DNA of 12,868 bases, from positions 1 through 12,868 of the forward strand of contig JBCCQY010000214.1 of assembly GCA_039208735.1 (NCBI GenBank). Reading direction: 5' to 3'. A model generated the notes under the pieces. It was not told where the DNA came from. It made no database searches and worked only from the letters and a program-made list of their open reading frames with translations. Positions 7,537 to 12,868 of the stretch are shown here, piece after piece (positions within the stretch are counted from its first letter, which is position 1; each line of letters starts with the position of its first letter). The DNA comes from Myxococcota bacterium. Its GTDB lineage: Bacteria > Myxococcota_A > UBA796 > GCA-2862545. The position numbers and the translations under genes are program-made.

Positions 7537-7559
7537 CTACTCTAACAATTTTAGAGTAG
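7537..7559. promoter_or_regulatory. Palindromic operator/promoter immediately upstream of the AlbA_2 gene
   Basis: Perfect inverted repeat CTACTCTAA-N5-TTAGAGTAG in an AT-rich patch, 4 bp from the ATG at 7532; no SD. Confidence 0.7.
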
Positions 7560-7578
7560 CGATAGCATATCCGGATCC

Positions 7579-8313
7579 TCACCGATAGAGCGCTCCTGTC
7601 CAGAAGCGCTCTCCGGTCTTTGTCTCCAGCTCGAAAGCCCACAACGCGTCCGGCCCTCCCCAGTTGTTGGGGTCGGTGACCGAACCGCCCGGAGCGAGCC
7701 ATCCCCCAGGACCCTGCACCGCGTACCACTCGATGAAGTCGTCACTGGTGAAGAACCGATCGGTGAAGTTGTTCAGCTCGAACAGGTCACCTTTCGTGCG
7801 AAAGTAGCCGCCGAACCTCACGACACGGAGGGGTTGGCCGTGATGGTTGGTCAGCGTGGTCGAGCAATACGATCGATCCGCTGGACGAGCGCCAGAGCGG
7901 CCAAAGTCGACGCTGACCCTGCTTGCTCCGGCCAGAACCTCGGATTGCGACAATCGGTGTTCGACCGGCTCTCCTTCGAGCGGTTGAGATCGGGCGCCCG
8001 GCGGAAGGTGACCGATCGTCCTCGGCTCGAAGTCGACCACGACTTGGTTCCCGTAGGTCGCGACGTACGCTCGAACGTCGAGAAGCACAGCTGTGTCGCC
8101 ATCGGCGAGTCGCAGGTGGCCGGCGTCGAAGCCGTGCGCCTCGACCCAGTTTGGTGGGTCGTCCGAGACCGACACCCAGAGCTTATACCTCCCAATCTCA
8201 CCGGTGTAGTAGGGGAGCCTCGGCAATACCGCAGGCGAGCGGAGGAGCACGAGAGCGCCGAGCCCTCCAACGACGAGGATGCCCAACGCTACCACCGCCA
8301 GAACCGGCTTCAT
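7579..8313 (-). CDS. Hypothetical protein with N-terminal membrane anchor/signal
   Basis: MKPVLAVVALGILVVGGLGALVLLR hydrophobic N-terminus; GAGG upstream of ATG 8313. Coding status is supported by a diverged homologous relic at 3644-3819. Confidence 0.75.
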   Translation of the reverse strand: MKPVLAVVALGILVVGGLGALVLLRSPAVLPRLPYYTGEIGRYKLWVSVSDDPPNWVEAHGFDAGHLRLADGDTAVLLDVRAYVATYGNQVVVDFEPRTIGHLPPGARSQPLEGEPVEHRLSQSEVLAGASRVSVDFGRSGARPADRSYCSTTLTNHHGQPLRVVRFGGYFRTKGDLFELNNFTDRFFTSDDFIEWYAVQGPGGWLAPGGSVTDPNNWGGPDALWAFELETKTGERFWTGALYR

Positions 8314-8443
8314 CCAGGCCTCACATCCGTTGTCCACCGGCATCATGGCATTGGACCCCGTTAACGTCGAGGTGAGCACCGCCACCACCTCGATCGGGCG
8401 CAGCCAACAAGAACATCACGCGATCAGTGACCACGGAGTGTGA

Positions 8444-8601
8444 TTGGACACTTCGCCACATTCCTTGGACACTTCGCTAGAAAGTCGAGCTTGAAACTGG
8501 TTTGGGAATACTGTCACCAGCCGTATCTCAGCAAGAACCCAAATGGATACTGCGGTTTGGGCGGAACCGGAGTCTCCTGTCCGGTCGGGTTGGACGTCTA
8601 A
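8444..8601 (+). repeat. Composite att-like site R4
   Basis: Boxes at 8444 and 8465; core ATACTG-TCACCAG-CCGTAT with TCACCAG at 8514; tail encodes [28 protein letters not shown] (TAA stop). Confidence 0.95.
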
Positions 8602-8658
8602 TCGATCCCAGATCGCGTACTCGTGTGCAACACCTTCCTTCCAGGGGCGTCGAGGCCC

Positions 8659-9156
8659 TCAGGTTCCAAGCTGGGTCGATGGCACCCCGAACAACATCCG
8701 CCGTTCGACTGGATCGACCTTCAACACGACAACCTCGACGGCCTCTGCGACACGAGGCAGGTCGGAGCCTTCCGGCAGCCTGGAGATGTGAAGGAGACCC
8801 TCCATCTCCTCCTCCGGGCTCACAATCGCGCCGTAGGGCGCCACGAGAGTCACCCGACCACGCACCTTCGAGCCTTCGGCGTAGCGCTCCACGGCGTCCG
8901 CCCACGGATCTGGCCGTAGTTGCCGAGTACCGAGCAAGACTCTCCGGTCGTCGACCAGCACCTTGAGAACCACGGTCAGCACTTGGTCGCCGATCTCGAA
9001 GCAGTCCTTGGGGGACGGATTCCTGGTTCCCCAGCTCATTTCGTGAAGTGGGACCAGCCCCGTGAACTCACCCAGATCGATGAACAACCCGAAGTCGGTG
9101 ACTCGGACCACAGTGCTCGCGATTCGATCCCCGGGTCGCCATTGCGGCACTCTCAT
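8659..9156 (-). CDS. Small protein with two S1 RNA-binding domains (RpsA-like repeats)
   Basis: GDRIASTVVRVTDFGLFIDLGEFTGLVPLHEMSW...GDQVLTVVLKV...RRVLLGTRQLRPDPW...GSKVRGRVTLVAPYGAIV...EGLLHISRL...VEVVVLKVDPVERRMLFG. Confidence 0.88.
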   Translation of the reverse strand: MRVPQWRPGDRIASTVVRVTDFGLFIDLGEFTGLVPLHEMSWGTRNPSPKDCFEIGDQVLTVVLKVLVDDRRVLLGTRQLRPDPWADAVERYAEGSKVRGRVTLVAPYGAIVSPEEEMEGLLHISRLPEGSDLPRVAEAVEVVVLKVDPVERRMLFGVPSTQLGT

Positions 9157-9318
9157 CGCCTCGTGGGAGGATTGCCGCGCCCACGCCGGACCAGCGCACC
9201 ATCTTCAACGAGACGCTTCAACAGGTGCGATGCCTGGTCCCGACCGAGGTGGCAGAGGCGAACCACATCACGACGGAGAATGCCGCCATGCCCGGGAACC
9301 AGAGGCAGAGGTTCGTCT

Positions 9319-10047
9319 GAGCAGATTGATTTCCCGATTCGAGCAGTTGATCTGCTCGATATCTACGGTAACGCGGAACTGGCACAGGTTCCTCGGTCTG
9401 GTCGAGCGCACCACCAAGGACCTTGACGTTCTCGCCCGGATCGAGGGCCAACTGATCTCCTCGACTTCGGCCTTCCGAGCGGGTTCGCCGAACGAGTCGA
9501 GTCACGCGTCTTCGCGGGCCTCACGGTCCGACTCGCATCGCGATGATCAGCTTGCAGGAGCGAAGCGACGAAAGCTGACCGCGTAGGCCTGCAGGCGCGG
9601 AGCGCCGAAGGCCAGCGGTGAGCAGACTCGCGCAAGCGTTGCTTGCTGCTGATCAAGTTGCCTTCAAGCTCTACGCCGCCGCGGATCAGTGGCCGAGCGA
9701 GAGTCAGCACCTCTCCGATCTTCGAACCCTCACGCCGACTCGCGCGGAGCTGTTGACTGCCGCCCGCTGTTGCCGATCGCACGATCCGTCGAGCGAGTTT
9801 CGCGACGTACTCCTACTACTGGTGCTTGCTTCTCTTGGCGTTGAGGACACGCATTCACCGAGTTGGGCGTTCCTGGCGTGATCCGCCATCATCAGGAGGT
9901 GGCCATCGACCCAGAGCCCTTGATCGTCACAGCTCCAGGCGTATTCGGCCTCGGAGCCGAGGCCGATGTCCGTTGGTCGGTCGCAGGGGAGCCCTGGTCT
10001 CATCCTCTCGAGGTCCGTCCGCCGCGATTGCCGCTCGAACGGCCTGC
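9319..10047 (+). pseudogene. Decayed relic of the nucleotidyltransferase + HTH operon (homologous to ~1735-2721)
   Basis: Collinear blocks: promoter, LGLVERTTKDLDVLARIEG, PTDLLDFGLPSGFA, DQVAFKLYAAADQWPSES..., ELGVPGVIRHHQEVAIDPEPL, AEADVRWSVAGEPW...LPLERPA. Start ATG is changed to ATC, with several internal deletions and one insertion. Confidence 0.92.
9544..9655. mobile_element. Miniature structured insertion (REP/MITE-like) with duplicated TGATCA
   Basis: 106 bp extra relative to the intact NTase gene. TGATCA occurs at 9544-9549 and 9650-9655, the ends read TGATCAGC...GCTGATCA, and there are two internal 28-nt hairpin modules. Confidence 0.7.
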
Positions 10048-10122
10048 ACGGTACCTCGATCGGCATGCTGCCCGCAGCCTCATGGGTCGATCCCGGGTGA
10101 CAGGAACTGGGCTGATGTGCCT

Positions 10123-10246
10123 CTGGACACTTCGTCAGATTCCTTAGACGCTTCGCTCGATAGTCAAGCAAGAACCTGGCCCACAAACCTTGCCACCAGC
10201 AATGTCTTCAGCAAGAACCCAAGTGGATACTTCGGTTTAGGCGGAA
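10123..10246 (+). repeat. Composite att-like site R5 (degenerate)
   Basis: Boxes CTGGACACTTCGT (10123) and TTAGACGCTTCGC (10144); degenerate core at 10193; msrA tail has a 1-bp insertion and substitutions and is truncated after GGCGGAA. Confidence 0.88.
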
Positions 10247-10252
10247 TCTGTT

Positions 10253-10372
10253 TTCCGCCTGGAGCGTTCGGGAAGAGCCTGGAAGCGAGCATTGGCTGTC
10301 ATGTCACCTTGACTTGCCAAACCGCGCGTGGGTCGTTGGTTGGAAAGTCGCCCCTCCAGCTCGACGTCGATG
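10253..10372 (-). pseudogene. Relic of the 3' end and flank of the AlbA_2 gene
   Basis: 10253-10342 matches 6071-6160, and 10343-10372 matches 6310-6339 (about 149 bp deleted between the blocks). Confidence 0.9.
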
Positions 10373-10489
10373 CGTGGTCCGTTCGGTACTCGTGGAATCG
10401 GGGTGTTCCTTGCGGTCCCGTTCTCCAATCAGTATGCAGTGGAGACAAAGAGTGTCCAGACTATGGACAAACCCGGAGAGGAGACCACA

Positions 10490-11314
10490 ATGGCACGTTT
10501 TTGGATTCTGAATCTTGGTATTTCAGGGCTCCTGTTTACCGCCTGTGCGGGCGACGACAAGACCGATTCTGGGATCGAAGCGGACGCCGATGCCGATGCT
10601 GATGCCGACGCCGACGCGGATGCAGACACCGACGCCGACACCGACGCCGACACCGATGCCGACGCGTCGATTCGCGTCCTCCATCTGGCTCCGGATGTCC
10701 CTGACGTCCAGGTCTTGGCGAACGACGCGACGCCCGCCGCCGTGCCCTCGCTTGCCTTCAAGGACGGCACGGACTACATCGCGCTGCCCGCTGGAACGTA
10801 CAACTTCAAGGTTGCGCTCGCCGACAGCACCGACCCGGTCAAGGAAGCGGCGTTGAACGAAGATGTTCCGCTCGAGGCAGGCATGAGCTACGTCGCGGTG
10901 GCTCACGGCTATTTGGGAGATCCCAAGCCCGGCAACCTCGTTCTCACGCCGTTCGTCGAGAATCGTGACGGAATCAAGGCCGGCAATACCCGTCTGCACA
11001 TCGTTCACGCGGCTTCGCGGACGCCCCAGGTCGATATCTGGAACGTGACCGATCCGAAGAACCCGAGCCCCATCCTCGAGAATGTCGACTACGGCATGGA
11101 AGGCGACGTCGACATCCCGAACGCTGCGGTCGAGGTCGGCTTCGACGCGGACGACGATGGCGTTCCGGACCTCGTCTACAGCGTTCCCGCCCTCGGCGAT
11201 GGCGCGTACATCAGTGTGTACGCGGTGAACCGCGACGCCAAGGCCACTCCCTTCGACGTGGACCTCGTCGCGCACCTCGAAGACGGCACCACGGCCGTTC
11301 TGACCCCCAACTGA
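10490..11314 (+). CDS. Lipoprotein with acidic DA/DT repeat linker and DUF4397-type domains
   Basis: RBS GAGGAG; signal peptide MARFWILNLGISGLLFTAC (lipobox); IRVLHLAPDVPDVQVLAN...YIALPAGTYNFKV and RLHIVHAASRTPQVDIW. Confidence 0.85.
   Translation: MARFWILNLGISGLLFTACAGDDKTDSGIEADADADADADADADADTDADTDADTDADASIRVLHLAPDVPDVQVLANDATPAAVPSLAFKDGTDYIALPAGTYNFKVALADSTDPVKEAALNEDVPLEAGMSYVAVAHGYLGDPKPGNLVLTPFVENRDGIKAGNTRLHIVHAASRTPQVDIWNVTDPKNPSPILENVDYGMEGDVDIPNAAVEVGFDADDDGVPDLVYSVPALGDGAYISVYAVNRDAKATPFDVDLVAHLEDGTTAVLTPN
10580..10666 (+). repeat. Coding hexamer repeat (GAYGCN/GACACC) encoding ADADADADADADADADTDADTDADTDADA
   Basis: Directly visible low-complexity tandem repeat within the lipoprotein gene. 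Confidence 0.9.
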
Positions 11315-11468
11315 GACTCGCGATCTGGTGAGGTCGAACGGCGAACGGCGAAAAACGTTTGCTCGTCGATGCGGATGGGGATCGCGCACTCGCCGTTCGA
11401 CCTGGAGTTTCCGAGCGGGCCTCGCCTCCCTGCTGCAAAAGCCCGGCTCGCGATCATGGCCGCGAGTC
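11315..11468. other. Structured intergenic element (nested inverted repeats)
   Basis: AGGTCGAACGGCGA (11331-11344) / TCGCCGTTCGACCT (11390-11403) is a perfect 14-bp inverted repeat. GACTCGCG (11315-11322) / CGCGAGTC (11461-11468) is an outer pair. Confidence 0.5.
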
Positions 11469-11622
11469 CGGTGCGACGGGCGGCTCCTGCCCGGCCGGCT
11501 TGGATCTTCGATGAGGATCCGGACAACGGGGGAAGCCTCTTAAGCCACAGACCACTCCCCTTGACCTCGCCAAGGGGGGCTAGGGTTGACTTAAACCATA
11601 TGGCCTGGACATCGGAGGCCCT

Positions 11623-12868
11623 ATGGAAACTCTTGCCATCGACCTGCGACATACGCCGCGGACTCCCTTGGATGACGCCCACCTCGAGTTGATCCGTGCA
11701 TGCGGAGAACGCGTGACGTTTTCGGCTGGTGAACTCATCGCCGATGCGGGAACCCCAATCGACGCGTTTTTCCTGTTGGAGGAGGGAGAAGCCGAACTCG
11801 TGAATCCGCGGACCGGAGAGCGCGCCGTGCCCAGTACGCTGAAACCTGGGCAGTATCTTGGTGAATTGGGCCTATTGTCAGGCGGAACGTGGACGTTTCC
11901 GCAACGTGCTTGCGTTGACTGCATCTTCGTGCGGGTTCCGCGATTGGAGATGCTGCGCCTGATGGCTCGCGTGCCAGAGATGAGCGACATCATCGTGAAT
12001 GTGTACGCCGGCCGTCGTCGGGCCCAATTCGAAGCCGGGCAGAGCGCGCTGACCCTTATCGCACCGGACAGTGACCTCACCCTTCGGCGCGCGGCCTCGT
12101 TCCTTTTGCGAAACCGGATTCCCGTCCGTACGCTTCCTCTCGACGATCCGGAGGCCGAAGCGCTCCTTGGTCGTCTTTCCTTGCCGCGCGCGCCCGTGGC
12201 CATCTTCGGCCGGGACCGGATCATCGACGAGCCAACGCCTCGCGAGTTGGCTCGACTGGTGGGCCTTGATCAACCGCTGACCGGCGAAAGTGCCTTTGAC
12301 GTTGTGATCGTGGGGGGAGGGCCGGCTGGCATCGCCGCGGCTGTCTACGCCGGGGCGGAAGGACTTCGGGCCCTCGTGGTCGAAGATTCGGTGATCGGTG
12401 GTCAGGCAGGAAGCAGCAGCCGCATCGAGAACTACATGGGGTTTCCAACGGGAATCAGTGGGGCCGACCTTTGCTTTCGCGGGGAGATTCAAGCCACTCG
12501 GCTCGGTACCCGCTTCGTGATGCCGCGTCGGGTGGACGCCGTCGAATCGCACCACCAAGGCTACTGCCTCACCCTCGACGATGGGGAACAGGTACATGCG
12601 TCGGCCGTTGTCATCGCCACGGGAGTGCAGTACCGGCGCCTGGCCCTCGACCGCCTTGCGGAACTCGAGGGCAATGGCATCTACTACGCCGCCACGGATC
12701 TCGAGGCCCGATGGTGCGGCCACGAGGAGGTCATCGTCATTGGTGGGGGAAACAGCGCAGGCCAGGCGGCCATGTTTCTTCGCGGGAGCGTTCGGCACGT
12801 CCACGTGCTGATTCGCGGGGGCAGCCTTTCGTCCAGCATGTCATCGTACCTGTCCAGTCGCCTCGAAC
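11623..12868 (+). CDS. Cyclic-nucleotide-binding domain + thioredoxin-reductase-like FAD-dependent oxidoreductase (3' end runs off the window)
   Basis: Manually translated from ATG 11623 (RBS GGAGG 11614-11618): METLAIDL...FFLLEEGEAELV...LKPGQYLGELGLL (cNMP domain), then FDVVIVGGGPAGIAAAVYAGAEGL...GGQAGSSSRIENYMGFPTGISG...VIATGVQYRRL...GIYYAAT...VIVIGGGNSAGQAAMFL. Confidence 0.93.
   Translation, partial: METLAIDLRHTPRTPLDDAHLELIRACGERVTFSAGELIADAGTPIDAFFLLEEGEAELVNPRTGERAVPSTLKPGQYLGELGLLSGGTWTFPQRACVDCIFVRVPRLEMLRLMARVPEMSDIIVNVYAGRRRAQFEAGQSALTLIAPDSDLTLRRAASFLLRNRIPVRTLPLDDPEAEALLGRLSLPRAPVAIFGRDRIIDEPTPRELARLVGLDQPLTGESAFDVVIVGGGPAGIAAAVYAGAEGLRALVVEDSVIGGQAGSSSRIENYMGFPTGISGADLCFRGEIQATRLGTRFVMPRRVDAVESHHQGYCLTLDDGEQVHASAVVIATGVQYRRLALDRLAELEGNGIYYAATDLEARWCGHEEVIVIGGGNSAGQAAMFLRGSVRHVHVLIRGGSLSSSMSSYLSSRLE

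Larger units (their letters stand above)
1285..10372 (+). mobile_element. Tandem array of integrase-less cassettes/islets integrated into the 3' end of msrA (5 units plus a relic 6th)
   Basis: Cores at 1285, 3355, 4660, 6052, 8514 and 10193 delimit units of 2070, 1305, 1392, 2462 and 1679 bp. Cargo is TA/defence-type genes and relics. The mobility mechanism is inferred. Confidence 0.8.

Noticed and set aside
9160..9320. Coding-like fragment (PDQRTIFNETLQQVRCLVPTEVAEANHITTEN...*) on the + strand
   Set aside because: No start and no recognisable family; cannot be assigned.
3285..10160. CRISPR array interpretation of the TTGGACACTTCGC repeats
   Set aside because: Repeats occur only in pairs separated by kilobases of genes; there are no 30-40 bp spacers and no cas genes.
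1285..10246. Shufflon/DGR-type diversification of the MsrA C-terminus
   Set aside because: All tails are in direct orientation and encode nearly identical peptides; changes are synonymous rather than adenine-targeted; no invertase or reverse transcriptase is present.
1373..10372. Classical integron (attC) or pdif modules
   Set aside because: I saw no long imperfect palindromes with RYYYAAC/GTTRRRY ends, no XerC/D-like 28-bp sites at the unit boundaries and no intI.
1285..10372. Assembly artefact explaining the duplications
   Set aside because: Copies are substantially diverged with codon-structured differences and distinct deletions, which misassembly would not create. Long-read confirmation is still desirable.
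9826..10602. 258-aa ORF and the extended 10328 start of the lipoprotein
   Set aside because: The ORF reads through relics and site R5. The lipoprotein start at 10490 has an RBS and a signal peptide.
11557..11577. Inverted repeat CCCCTTG-N7-CAAGGGG upstream of the reductase
   Set aside because: Short and low complexity; promoter spacing is unconvincing, so no call is made.
11580..12804. Long minus-strand ORFs 11878-12804 and 11580-12224 (likewise 10523-11389, 1591-2394, and plus-strand 6192-6875)
   Set aside because: Antisense shadows of well-supported genes in GC-rich DNA.

Overview
GC-rich bacterial window, possibly Myxococcota/Deltaproteobacteria-like (inferred only from the MGRIFE-type YebC and a DADAD-repeat lipoprotein). 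Housekeeping-type genes lie at both ends: yebC-family (partial, - strand) and msrA on the left; a DUF4397-type lipoprotein and a cNMP-domain thioredoxin-reductase-like gene (partial) on the right. Between them is a ~9 kb array of 1.3-2.5 kb units separated by five copies of a composite site. Each site has two TTRGACACTTCGC boxes 21 bp apart, then, exactly 70 bp after the start of the first box, a core ATACTG-TCACCAG-CAGTAT, then a copy of the last 28 codons plus stop of msrA. The msrA-tail copies differ mostly at synonymous positions. This fits repeated site-specific integration of integrase-less cassettes into msrA, each supplying a replacement 3' end, i.e. an integron-like array anchored in msrA. 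Cargo is mainly toxin-antitoxin/defence-type: nucleotidyltransferase + HTH, DUF1778-like + PIN, DUF433 + DUF5615, AlbA_2-ATPase-HTH, a GNAT, a two-S1-domain protein and a membrane-anchored hypothetical. Decayed, diverged relics of the same cassettes are also present. No recombinase is visible in the window. Family names come from motif recognition, not database searches.
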